A DNA stretch of 63,484 nucleotides, the filler included, from Thraustochytrium aureum (taxonomy: Eukaryota): NCBI GenBank assembly GCA_012862495.1. It is 6 parts of 5 records of this genome, joined end to end, with 100 filler letters (N's around TTAATTAATTAA, not from the genome) between each part and the next. Parts side by side here need not be neighbours in the genome. Positions count along the whole stretch, not along the records: positions 32,015 to 38,714 come from BLSG01000333.1; positions 38,815 to 49,833 come from BLSG01000334.1; 4 more parts are not named here. One strand, given 5' to 3'. This document shows positions 36,798-47,257 of the stretch, piece after piece. Each line of letters opens with the position of its first letter. Position 1 is the first letter of the stretch. The notes under the pieces were generated by a model. That model did no database searches. It saw only the letters and a program-made list of their open reading frames with translations, and was not told the origin of the DNA. Made by a program: the position numbers and the translations under genes.

Positions 36798-38246
36798 CAA
36801 GGCGGAATCGGCGACAAAAAAAAAAGCNNNNNNNNNNNNNNNNNNNNNNNNNNNNNNNNNNNNNNNNNNNNNNNNNNNNNNNNNNNNNNNNNNNNNNNNN
36901 NNNNNNNNNNNNNNNNNNNNNNNNNNNNNNNNNNNNNNNNNNNNNNNNNNNNNNNNNNNNNNNNNNNNNNNNNNNNNNNNNNNNNNNNNNNNNNNNNNNN
37001 NNNNNNNNNNNNNNNNNNNNNNNNNNNNNNNNNNNNNNNNNNNNNNNNNNNNNNNNNNNNNNNNNNNNNNNNNNNNNNNNNNNNNNNNNNNNNNNNNNNN
37101 NNNNNNNNNNNNNNNNNNNNNNNNNNNNNNNNNNNNNNNNNNNNNNNNNNNNNNNNNNNNNNNNNNNNNNNNNNNNNNNNNNNNNNNNNNNNNNNNNNNN
37201 NNNNNNNNNNNNNNNNNNNNNNNNNNNNNNNNNNNNNNNNNNNNNNNNNNNNNNNNNNNNNNNNNNNNNNNNNNNNNNNNNNNNNNNNNNNNNNNNNNNN
37301 NNNNNNNNNNNNNNNNNNNNNNNNNNNNNNNNNNNNNNNNNNNNNTTTGGTTGAGAGGGCAGCGAGTCTTGATTTTGATAATAATTTTACCACCCAACAT
37401 GGTCAGACATAATCATCGAGTTGTTTCATGAACACAGCGGGTCACAGCGCGGTGCCAATCACAGAGATCCGGGCTTTTGGTTGTGATTCCGGTTCCTTCA
37501 AGTTCGGGACCGGTCTGGGGTCTCTTCAGCACGCGGCTTCTGTTGCGCGCAGGGGTGTCCCGTATCAAGGTTGCCAAACGAGACAACAAACTCTTTTCCT
37601 TTTCAAATTCTACCAGTTGCACCCATGGATCGATCATCAGCACGGTTATGGAGTCCTCTGGCCGAATGGACGACGGTGGGTTAATTTACTCGGTTTGGCA
37701 GTCTACTAGAGTCAGAGGCACTCATGGTGTGCTCAACCGCATCTCTGCGAGCGCGCACCATGGCTTTTTCGTGACTGCATGCTGGTAGATATTGCCGCGA
37801 GCTGACCGATCCTGCAGCACCTGAAGCACTGAGTGTCGCGTTACCTGTAGACTTTGACAAAGCTGCCGATGCCCGGCTTGGCGGCTAGGGTCTTGGGACG
37901 ACATCTCCACCCTCCTCGCTCAGCCCAAAAAAGTAGCGATTCGGGCGTCCCATTCAGTCTTCCACCGTTACCAAATCACATTGACTTGATCATGCGGTGG
38001 CACGGTCAAACATACTCAATTGCATTTGACCGTGCTCAATCAACAAGTTCTCAATAAAAGAGCTTTCGGTGCGCAAAGACACCCTCAGGTCCGAAGTCAG
38101 TGCTAAACCTTGTACCAGATGCTGTCATAGCTGTGTCTCGCTTTTATGGCGACGGTCAACTGCAACGGATTCCCGCTTTGCGTTGAGGCACATGTGCTGC
38201 TGCGAGTCCACTCAATCTCCCTTCGAAGGGCATTCCACAGAACGGA

Positions 38247-38714
38247 AAGGAAGAACTCAAGCGGAACCCAAACCGAACCTAACGAGAATCGGTCGGGTCG
38301 TCGTGCAGTTTGGCCAGCGACGCCAAAGGCGCCCACGGCGACGCTATTGCGTTGCTTACTAGTACGTATGTAGGGCAGCAAAAGGCGAGCCTGAGTGCAG
38401 CAAAGCTATTTCTCCGCGACCGGGATTCGAACCCGGGTCTCCTGCTAGACAGGTAGGTATACTCGCCACTGTACTATCGCGGATCTGACGGCTGCTCGAA
38501 CCCATCAGGCCGCTTGAGGAGCTGCGAACCCTGCAAATGGCCCTTCGAAGAGCAGGGCATCGCGTTCCGAGCTCGCAGAAGCGCTCGTGGAGCGGCAAGG
38601 AAGAACTCAAGCGGAACCCGAACGGAACCTAACGAGAATCGGTCGGGTCGTCGTGCAGTTTGGCCAGCGACGTCAAAGGCGCCCACGGCGACGCTATTGC
38701 GTTGCTTACTAGTA
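38247..38714. repeat. 118-nt direct repeats (38247-38364 and 38597-38714), 350-nt period, enclosing a tRNA; runs off the scaffold end
   Basis: The two copies differ at only 3 positions. Confidence 0.93.
38412..38483 (-). tRNA. tRNA-Asp(GTC), atypical (possible pseudogene or tRNA-derived element)
   Basis: TCCGCGA TA GTAC AGTGGCGA GTAT A CCTAC CTGTCTA GCAGG AGAC CCGGG TTCGAAT CCCGG TCGCGGA G. Acceptor and T stems are perfect, G73 and A/B boxes are present, but the anticodon stem has an A-C mismatch and position 37 is T. Confidence 0.85.
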
Positions 38715-38758
38715 NNNNNNNNNNNNNNNNNNNNNNNNNNNNNNNNNNNNNNNNNNNN

Positions 38759-38770
38759 TTAATTAATTAA
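38759..38770. other. Artificial scaffold linker TTAATTAATTAA
   Basis: Same linker inside an N spacer. Confidence 0.97.
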
Positions 38771-38892
38771 NNNNNNNNNNNNNNNNNNNNNNNNNNNNNN
38801 NNNNNNNNNNNNNNTTGGCTGGGCCACCAGACCCAAAGCGATCAGCCAAGCCTCGCGTGCAGCCCTGAAGCAAAGCACGCATGCCACAAGGC

Positions 38893-40153
38893 TCAGCTTA
38901 GCAGGCCTTTCGAATCTCCCGACAGGCGCGATCGGCGCCTGTACCACAGCGAGTTGATCACCCATCCGCACGCGGCGCCGAGGAGCAGGCTCTGCAGGTG
39001 CACGTCAAACCCAGCTGGTGCGGAGATCGGCCAGGCCCTGGCGACTGGAGCACTCCCAAGCGCAAAGTCTGCAAGCGGGCACAGTTCTGTCATGCTCGGC
39101 GGGCACTCGCGCACGACGTGCGCGCCTGACCGTGGAGTCGTGGTGTTGTTGTCAACTACAAAAGAAAAGCCCGACTGCTCGCCATCAGAGTCGCCAGCGA
39201 GGTCGAGGGCCAAGAGCCCAAGTGCGATTGGGTCGATCGGCGGCCACAAGTGGCGGCCAAACTTTAGCGCGAGGCGAGGATCTTCCGCGCTCTCATCCGG
39301 GCATGGGCATCCAAAACCAGTGCCGCCGCCAGGACAGGTCCCATCCAAGATAATGCGCGAGTGGTTGGAGGCGTCATAGCACTGGTACGGCTGCAGCTCA
39401 TCGACCTGCTCGAGCGAACCGTCCGGCGCGATCCGCGTCCCCCGGATTTGGTTCCAGGTCATTGGCGTATTAACGAGGCCCGGTGCGAGCACGTATGTCC
39501 GCAGCTGGCCTTCATACATGGCTGCAAGTGAGCGCGAGAGCTGCACGATGCCGCTCTTGGAGATGCCATACATGGCGCAGCCTGGGCAAGGCTGGTAGGC
39601 CTCCTCTGAGGCGATCGAAATCAGAGCAGGCGTTTTCCCGACGCGGCTGGCTTCCAGTGTGTTCTCCCCTAGCTTCCATAGCCGCACGGCCTCTGCGGAG
39701 ACGTACATGGCGCCGTACAGGTTGTTGTACACCGCGTCGAACTTGGAGAAAAAAGACTTTGTCTGGGACCTCTCCGAGGCCGCGCCCAATGAACCCGCTC
39801 ATTCCTGCCGTGTTGAGCACGACATCGACGCCGCCGAGCTCGGCGCTGAGTTGCGCCAAGGCCACACGGACCTGCTCGCGGTCTCGCACATCGGCTGCCG
39901 CTGCAAACGCGCGAGCGGCCGGGTGCTTGCAGTGCCGCCGGTCCAGGCTCGCCACCACGTCTCTCGCCAGCGCTAGCTGCTTGGCGTTGCGTGCCACGAT
40001 GCCGACGGCCGCGCACTCTTGCGCGAACGAGGCTGCCGCGGCAAACCCGATCCCTGACGACCCGCCAAACACAACGACCCCCTGGCCCTCAAACCGGGTC
40101 CCCTTGTGTTCCGCATCCACAAACCGCAGCGTATCCGGCAGCGCGCCCCCCAT
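38893..40153 (-). CDS. Short-chain dehydrogenase/reductase with Cys-rich insert and C-terminal membrane anchor; frameshift near 39750
   Basis: VVVFGGSSGIG, ADVRD, VVLNTAG, ISIAS, MYGISK (YxxxK), APGLVNTPM; C-terminal LLLGAACGWVINSLWYRRR. Confidence 0.85.
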
Positions 40154-41303
40154 TCCCAACCGCCGTGCGAGCGCACCGCCTTGGCCGCCTCCTCCTCAGC
40201 GCCGCACGTCAGGTGGCTGGCCGGCCGCTTTCACTCGCCTGGCCTGCCTGCCTGCCTCCTGCACAACAGACACATGCACAGCACTCTTCTCCTCTCCCTT
40301 CATTTTGTACGCCGAGCGTTCAAGTCTCGGCAGCCAGTCCTGCCAGCGCTGCGCCCGCCTGGCGCGCTCGCTCGCACTGGCCCGAGCCTGGCCCGCGGGC
40401 AGCGTCAGGTTTCTGCTTTCCTTCGCCGCCCTGCCTGCTCTTCGAGCGCAGGAGGCTGCTGACTGGTCGGTGCTGAGCGGTGCGACGACGACGACCGCGG
40501 TTCGCGCGTGAGTGATCGGGTCGACAGCTACGCGCGTTGGCGCGGAATGGACGCGGTTTTCGCGCCATCGCTCGAGAGGCTGTGAGCTCGAGTTTCGTTG
40601 ATTTGTGCCGACGCGCGAGGGCCGGGTACGAGCTCGAGTGCCGCCCGTCGGGCTCTTCGTCGGAGCTGCTCAGGAGGCTTGTCTTGTCTTCTTGCCTGCA
40701 TGCGGCTCGCCCCGCGCGCTTGCATGCGTTTCAGGATTCTTGCCACGCTCGCGTCGCGCTGGTCCGCGGCTGGACACGTACGTGACCCAGGCAAGCCGTC
40801 GCGCGACGGAGGCTGCTGGCTCTGCCGGCTGGCTCGCCCCGTGGACCTCCTTGGCCCCGATCTTCACGAGCGTGATGGAGACAGTGGCCTTGGCACGAGC
40901 CGGCGTCCTCGTGGCGGCGCAACGCGGTCAATGGGAGTGCGAAGGAAGGAGCAACTTGAAGAGCCACCGCGCTCTCGGTCACAGGGCTCCGCGCCTCTGG
41001 TGAGGCTCTTCAGGCGCGAGGCTGGGTCGCCGCGCACACGTCGAGCGGGTGAGCGTGTGTATCTCCTCTCCTCTCCTCTCCTCTCATCTCTCTCATGTGC
41101 CTGTCACTCATCATCGGATTGTCATCACCGTGCACAATTCGAGCTCTCTCCCAGAGCACGCCATCGTCGGGCAGACCTCCAACAGCGCCGGAACGACACG
41201 CGGCGCGGACGGGGCATTGAGCAACGAGGCGCAGCGCAAGGCCAGAGACGAAACTGGCTGCTGGGCAAGGCGGGAGCGGCAAGGCGAAGGACGCGCAAGC
41301 AAG

Positions 41304-43691
41304 ATGAGGTTGTCCTTGCCTCGGGCAAGCGCCAGCCGCAAGTCCTCCAAGCACAAGCAGGTACAGCTCCAAGACCGCGGCGTTTCGCTCGTCGTCCTCG
41401 AGGCGCTGACAGAGTACTTCACGAGGAGATATGGCGCAGACAAGGCCAAGGCCACGACCGAGTTTCGCGTTCTCGGGTTCAGCCCCAAGAAAGGCAAGGA
41501 TGGCACCGCGGCGGGGCCGCCCGCCACAAAGCCCAGCCCGGCACGGGCCGAGAGTCTGTTCTCGCTCAAGTTTGACGAGACCTTTGCCACAGCCCAGAGC
41601 GAGCCGTCGGAGAGCAGCGACTCCACAGCGAGCGCGAGCCAGCCCAAAGGTGACAAGAGCGGCTCGATTTGGTGGCTCAGCGAGGAGAAGCATTCAAACC
41701 TGTACACGGCCATGAAGAACGGGCACGGCAAATGCAAGGAAGTGCTCGAACTGGCATATGCAAAGGGAGGCAAGGGTGCCGAGCTCTTTGGCAAGCCGAC
41801 CGTGTTCGTCAGCCACGCGTGGGAAATGGAGTGGGAGACCGTCGTCCAGTCGCTCGAGGAGTTCGTCAAGGCGAACAATTTAGACCGGAGTAAGACATAC
41901 TTTTGGCTCGACGTGATCGCAGTGAACCAGCACTCGGGCGACGTCATTCAGGACAAGGAAGTCAGGGCCCGCGTTTTCACAGAGTTCCAAGACGAGCTCA
42001 AGAAAATGCCCCTCGTCGTGAAAGAGGCAGAATGCCTGGCGCTTGTAGTGCACCCGTTCACCAAGCCGAAGGTGTTCGAGCGCCTTTGGTGCTGGAACGA
42101 AATCGTGGCCGCACTCGAGTCAGACAGGAAGATAAGTCTCGCTTTGTGCAAGGAGTCGCGCGAGGATCTCATGCATGTCTTGGACCAGCTCAACGAAGTC
42201 ACGGAAGGAAGCGCGACCAAGGCGCGCGAGTTGCTCGAGACGCTCAAGACCTTGGACGCCATGAAAGCCACATGCTTCAAAAAGAGCGACAAAGATCAAA
42301 TCCTCGGCCGCCTCAAGTCCCTGAGCGCCATCGGCGAAACCACGGACGCCAACTGGCAGATGAAGCGGGCCATCGTGGACGCCCTCATCGCGGAATCGCG
42401 GAACAGCTACACGGGGTACACCAGCGAGCTTGCTCCGCTGATGGAGAATCTCTCGCCAGTGTTTTTGCCCAACAATAGCGACGAAGGACTTGCAGACATC
42501 GCCGCGTGGAGCAAGCTGCGAATCGCCCTGGCCCGGCAGCTCTTTGCCAAGGAGAACCGTCTCAACGAAGCGGAGCAGATTTGCAACGAAGCAACTGGAC
42601 GATTGGAGCGCCTCCTCAAGACGTACGGGCTGCAAACCAAGCCCGAGCACCGTGCCGAGAGCACGCTCGACCTCGCCGATGCGTATCAGGCGCACGCGGA
42701 GAGTGCCAAGGGGTGGAAACGCGAAGATATGGTCAAAGCCCTCGAGCTCTCCGAGAAGGCGCTCGGCGCGACGAAGCGCGCTAGGTCGATCCTAGACCCG
42801 TTCGACCTGCGCGAGCTCACCGCCAACTCCCGAAGCCCGCGCTTCAGCAAGCTCGAGATGCGCACAGCGCTTCTGGAGGCTAAAATCACCTACTTTATGG
42901 GGAGGACGCCCTTGCTGTTCTGGGAGGCGGTGTACTGGAGCCGGGGCAGCGGCAAGCGGGTCGACGAGAGCAAGCGGCCCGAGGAGCTCTTCGATGCGCA
43001 TGCCAAGTTGCAAGAGTCGCTGAGCATCGTCCACACGTTTGAGAAGGACTTGAAGGGAGGCGTGTACAAGGATTTCCTGGCCGAGGACCGAAAGGAGCTC
43101 GACTTCTTCAAGGGCGACCTCTACGGGACGATGGCCAAGTTCATAGACCACGCCAACGACGGCCGAGACCTAAAGGCTGGCGACGCGGAGTTTGATCAGA
43201 TGGGCAAGTTTTTCCAGAGCTGCATCGCGCTGTTCAAGATGCACAACGATGCGAGGTGGTTGTTCTACACCATGTCTCAGGCGTACGTTTACACTGGGCG
43301 TGCCGAGTACAGCAAGGCGCTCACGCTCTTGAATGAGATTGGCAAGGACATGCTGAAGGCTGCGCTCTTGGGGCNNNNNNNNNNNNNNNNNNNNNNNNNN
43401 NNNNNNNNNNNNNNNNNNNNNNNNNNNNNNNNNNNNNNNNNNNNNNNNNNNNNNNNNNNNNNNNNNNNNNNNNNNNNNNNNNNNNNNNNNNNNNNNNNNN
43501 NNNNNNNNNNNNNNNNNNNNNNNNNNNNNNNNNNNNNNNNNNNNNNNNNNNNNNNNNNNNNNNNNNNNNNNNNNNNNNNNNNNNNNNNNNNNNNNNNNNN
43601 NNNNNNNNNNNNNNNNNNNNNNNNNNNNNNNNNNNNNNNNNNNNNNNNNNNNNNNGATCAAGACGAGAAAATGCCTCCAGCTACAAGTTGA
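41304..43691 (+). CDS. TIR/HET-like domain plus TPR-like helical repeat protein, paralog A (gap 43375-43655)
   Basis: PTVFVSHAW, YFWLDVIAVNQH and RLWCWNEI motifs; C-terminal amphipathic TPR-like helices (DLADAYQ...KALELSEKAL; AYVYTGRAEYSKALTLL). Confidence 0.75.
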   Translation: MRLSLPRASASRKSSKHKQVQLQDRGVSLVVLEALTEYFTRRYGADKAKATTEFRVLGFSPKKGKDGTAAGPPATKPSPARAESLFSLKFDETFATAQSEPSESSDSTASASQPKGDKSGSIWWLSEEKHSNLYTAMKNGHGKCKEVLELAYAKGGKGAELFGKPTVFVSHAWEMEWETVVQSLEEFVKANNLDRSKTYFWLDVIAVNQHSGDVIQDKEVRARVFTEFQDELKKMPLVVKEAECLALVVHPFTKPKVFERLWCWNEIVAALESDRKISLALCKESREDLMHVLDQLNEVTEGSATKARELLETLKTLDAMKATCFKKSDKDQILGRLKSLSAIGETTDANWQMKRAIVDALIAESRNSYTGYTSELAPLMENLSPVFLPNNSDEGLADIAAWSKLRIALARQLFAKENRLNEAEQICNEATGRLERLLKTYGLQTKPEHRAESTLDLADAYQAHAESAKGWKREDMVKALELSEKALGATKRARSILDPFDLRELTANSRSPRFSKLEMRTALLEAKITYFMGRTPLLFWEAVYWSRGSGKRVDESKRPEELFDAHAKLQESLSIVHTFEKDLKGGVYKDFLAEDRKELDFFKGDLYGTMAKFIDHANDGRDLKAGDAEFDQMGKFFQSCIALFKMHNDARWLFYTMSQAYVYTGRAEYSKALTLLNEIGKDMLKAALLGXXXXXXXXXXXXXXXXXXXXXXXXXXXXXXXXXXXXXXXXXXXXXXXXXXXXXXXXXXXXXXXXXXXXXXXXXXXXXXXXXXXXXXXXXXXXXXDQDEKMPPATS

Positions 43692-44727
43692 GCCTATACG
43701 CGAGGCCAAGGTGTGCAGCGGGCACACCGTCGGTAGCATCCAGCTCGTCGGCCCTTGGCGCGGGGTACATTTCAGCCCGAGCAACCAGCCGGTGACAAAG
43801 CTCACCCGTTTTTCACGAATCTGAGGCCTAAATCTGCGGCCGACTACGCACCCTCCCGTCGCTTGCCCGTAGCTACTCGACAGGGGCTGCTCGGCGACCC
43901 ACCTGTACAAGTGTTACTTGGCGACCCACCTGTACACACGTGTAGAGTACTCTAGCTAGAGTACTTACAGGTCAGGCCGAGTTCAGGCAGTGTCGTTCTT
44001 AGGCTTGCCAAGGGCTCGAGAAAGGTAGGAAACGAACCTGCCAACGCATGAGCGAGGCAGCCTTCTTGGGGGGGCGAAAGGATGAAGCTCAGAGGTCGCA
44101 TTCCAGCGGTGTCCGAATCCAGCCCGAGCAATCAGTGACAAAAGCTGGCGAGCCACTCGACCACGCTTTCAAGAATCTGAGGCCAACCTGGCCTCTCGCA
44201 GCTTCGGTACTCCTCGAGAGCGAAGACTCGGCTACTCACGTAGCCATTGGCGTTCTTGCCAAAATGCCTGAACTGTCAATGAAAGCAGGCGGCCGAACAC
44301 GGGGCTGGGAGCTGGCTTTGCCAACACCGTGAAAGCAAGAGTATGTAGCAAGGAGGATCCTCCTTGCATGTGGCTACCTACAACTCCTCGCTACTACAGG
44401 CAACTCGAGTGCAGAGTACCAAAACGCGACGCCGCGCCAACCCCCCCTTGCACATTGGACCCGCCTGCTCGTGACGGTGTCTTCGCATCACATTCCGCAC
44501 CGTCTCTTGTGAGGAGAATCGCGCGTACACCCTCGGTCCTCACGTTTTTGCAATGCAAAGTGGTCGGCGCCTTGTCACGTGCGTCGCCGAGGTGAGCGCA
44601 TGGGCAAGACAGCTCTGGTCTGCCGCCAACCTGAACGCAGACCCCAAACGCAGAGCGCAGAGCTTGCAACGCCGAGCAGACCAGCGCGAACAAAAGGGAA
44701 AAGCACGCAGTGCGACGCTGAGATTGA

Positions 44728-44769
44728 GCAACGCAACGCAACGCAACGCAACGCAACGCAACGCAACGC
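44728..44769. repeat. (CAACG)n pentanucleotide microsatellite upstream of paralog B
   Basis: About 8 copies read directly. Confidence 0.95.
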
Positions 44770-44821
44770 GTCGGCAAGGGTTGGAAGCGAGCGACGAGGC
44801 AGCCGAAAAGGAGCGGTGAAG

Positions 44822-47257
44822 ATGAAGCCTGGCAACAAATCGATTTCGAGGCTGAGCTGGCGCTCCACTCACACTCCCCTGGAGGAGCGCGGGGTGTCGC
44901 TCGCAGTCCTCGAGGCCATGACAGAGTATTTCGACAAGAAATTTGTGGGTGACGAGGAGTCCACGACAGAGTTCCGGGTGTACGGCTACAAACCCAATCG
45001 CGCCAAAGGCGGCCATGAGAACGAGACTCCGGTGCAAATGGAGGCGGAGGCGCGGGATGCGGACTTTCGAGCGCTCACGTTTGTGGAGTCCGCTGACATC
45101 GCTGAGGTCGAATGTTCGGTCCCGGCCAACTCCACAGCGAGCGCAAAGGGCCATGGGGGTGACAGAGCCAGCTCGATTTGGTGGCTCAGCGAGGAGAAGC
45201 GAACGAACCTCTTCACGGCCATGAATAACGGGCACAGCAAATGCAAGGAGCTGCTCGCTCTAGCAAACGCAAAGAGCAAGAAGCTCTTTGGCAAGCCGAC
45301 CGTGTTCGTCAGCCACGCGTGGTCAATGGGCTGGAAGACTGTCATCGAGTCACTTCAGCAGTTTGTTGAGGTGAACAAGTTGAGCCGGAGCACAACATAC
45401 TTTTGGCTCGATGTCATCGCCGTGAACCAGCACTCGGAAGATGACATTGACGACAGGAAGGAGAGAGATCGCGTTCGTCGCGAGTTCCAAGAGGAGCTCA
45501 AGGAGATGCCTTTGGTCGTGAGAAAAACAGAGTACCTCGCTCTTGTGATTCACCCTTTCACGAAGCCGACGGTGCTCGGGCGCCTCTGGTGCTGGAACGA
45601 AATCGCCGCCGCTCTCGAGTCGGACAGGATGATAAGTCTCGCTTTGTGCAAGGAGTCGCGCGGGGATCTCAAGAAGGTCCTCAAAGAACTCAGCGGAAAG
45701 TCCAAGAGCTCCTCAGATAAGGCCAAGGAGTTGCAAAAGACGCTCAAGAACCTGGATTGCGGCAAAGCGAAGTGCACCAATGACAACGACAAAGGTCCGA
45801 TCCTCGAGCGCCTCATGTCGCTGAGTGCCCTAGGCGACACCAAGGACGCCAACTGGCAGATGAAGCGGGTCATCGTGGACGCCATTTTGGCGGAAGCCCG
45901 AAAGGAGAACCCGGGCTACACCAGCGAGCTGATGCCTCTCATGGAAGAACTCGCGCTCGTGTTTAATCCCGGAACAAGTCAAGCAGATGTCGCCGCATGG
46001 TGCAAACTGCAAATCGCCCTGGCCCAACAGATGTTTGCCAAGGAGACAAAACTCGAAGACGCAGGGAAAATTTGCAAAGCTGTCATCACCAAGTTGAAGG
46101 AACTCCTGCAGGTGTATGGGCTGCAAACCAAGCCCGAGCATCGTGCCGAGAGCACCCTCGACCTAGCCACGGCATATCAGACGTACGCGGAGTGTGCCAA
46201 GGGGTGGAAACGCGAAGAAATGGACCAAGCCCTCGTGAACTCCAAGCTTGCGCTCGAGAATACGGCGCGCGCCAGGCTGATCCCGGACCCGTTTAACCTG
46301 CGCGATCTCGCCGATCTCGCCGAACCCGCCGCCACCAAACGATTTAGCCTGCGCGATCCCGCCGATCCCGCCATTACCAAACGAAGCCCGCGCTTCAAGA
46401 AGCTCGAGCTACGAACAGCGCTCCTGGAGGCTAGAATCTTCTATTACATGGGGAGGGTGCCCTTACTGTACTGGGAAAGCAAGTTCGACAACCGGAGCAG
46501 CAGCAAGCCCAAGAACGTTTGGCGCAAGGAGCTTTTCGAGGCGCATGCCATGCTGCAAAAGTCGTTGGTTCTTGTACTTCGTCTTGAGGCCAAGTACGAT
46601 CCGAAGACAAAGGGCGCTCCAGTCCTCCTCGACGATGACCGAAAGCAACTCGATTTCCTCAAGGGCGACCTGTACGGCACGATGGCCAAGTTCCTCGGAC
46701 ACCGTGGCATCATCAATCAAGACCTGAGGCTCACCGATGACCCCATATTCGATGAGATGCGCAAGTTTTTCGAAATCACCATCCAGCTGTTCGAGAAACA
46801 CGAGGACCCGAGGGGATTGTTCTACACCATGTCTAGGGCGTACGTATACACTGGACTGAAGGAGTTTGGCGCGGCGCTCAAGTTGTTGAACAGTATTCGC
46901 GAGGACATGCTGACGGCTGCTATCTCGGGAANNNNNNNNNNNNNNNNNNNNNNNNNNNNNNNNNNNNNNNNNNNNNNNNNNNNNNNNNNNNNNNNNNNNN
47001 NNNNNNNNNNNNNNNNNNNNNNNNNNNNNNNNNNNNNNNNNNNNNNNNNNNNNNNNNNNNNNNNNNNNNNNNNNNNNNNNNNNNNNNNNNNNNNNNNNNN
47101 NNNNNNNNNNNNNNNNNNNNNNNNNNNNNNNNNNNNNNNNNNNNNNNNNNNNNNNNNNNNNNNNNNNNNNNNNNNNNNNNNNNNNNNNNNNNNNNNNNNN
47201 NNNNNNNNNNCCAGAGGAGGCGCGCGCTGGAAAGAGGCGTTCGAGAAGGCGAAATGA
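44822..47257 (+). CDS. TIR/HET-like domain plus TPR-like helical repeat protein, paralog B (gap 46932-47210)
   Basis: Colinear with paralog A (core motifs offset by exactly 3500 nt); same FVSHAW, FWLDVIAVNQH and RLWCWNEI motifs. Confidence 0.75.
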   Translation: MKPGNKSISRLSWRSTHTPLEERGVSLAVLEAMTEYFDKKFVGDEESTTEFRVYGYKPNRAKGGHENETPVQMEAEARDADFRALTFVESADIAEVECSVPANSTASAKGHGGDRASSIWWLSEEKRTNLFTAMNNGHSKCKELLALANAKSKKLFGKPTVFVSHAWSMGWKTVIESLQQFVEVNKLSRSTTYFWLDVIAVNQHSEDDIDDRKERDRVRREFQEELKEMPLVVRKTEYLALVIHPFTKPTVLGRLWCWNEIAAALESDRMISLALCKESRGDLKKVLKELSGKSKSSSDKAKELQKTLKNLDCGKAKCTNDNDKGPILERLMSLSALGDTKDANWQMKRVIVDAILAEARKENPGYTSELMPLMEELALVFNPGTSQADVAAWCKLQIALAQQMFAKETKLEDAGKICKAVITKLKELLQVYGLQTKPEHRAESTLDLATAYQTYAECAKGWKREEMDQALVNSKLALENTARARLIPDPFNLRDLADLAEPAATKRFSLRDPADPAITKRSPRFKKLELRTALLEARIFYYMGRVPLLYWESKFDNRSSSKPKNVWRKELFEAHAMLQKSLVLVLRLEAKYDPKTKGAPVLLDDDRKQLDFLKGDLYGTMAKFLGHRGIINQDLRLTDDPIFDEMRKFFEITIQLFEKHEDPRGLFYTMSRAYVYTGLKEFGAALKLLNSIREDMLTAAISGXXXXXXXXXXXXXXXXXXXXXXXXXXXXXXXXXXXXXXXXXXXXXXXXXXXXXXXXXXXXXXXXXXXXXXXXXXXXXXXXXXXXXXXXXXXXXXRGGARWKEAFEKAK

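Noticed and set aside
38440..38457. Alternative anticodon register CCT-GTCTAGC-AGG giving a CUA amber-suppressor tRNA
   Set aside because: It requires only a 3-bp stem, a 2-nt variable loop and wrong D-arm spacing. The body and G73 match tRNA-Asp, and TAG terminates ordinary genes here.
36697..38714. Direct repeats as a CRISPR array
   Set aside because: Eukaryotic context, no unique equal-length spacers, only 2-3 copies, and no cas genes.
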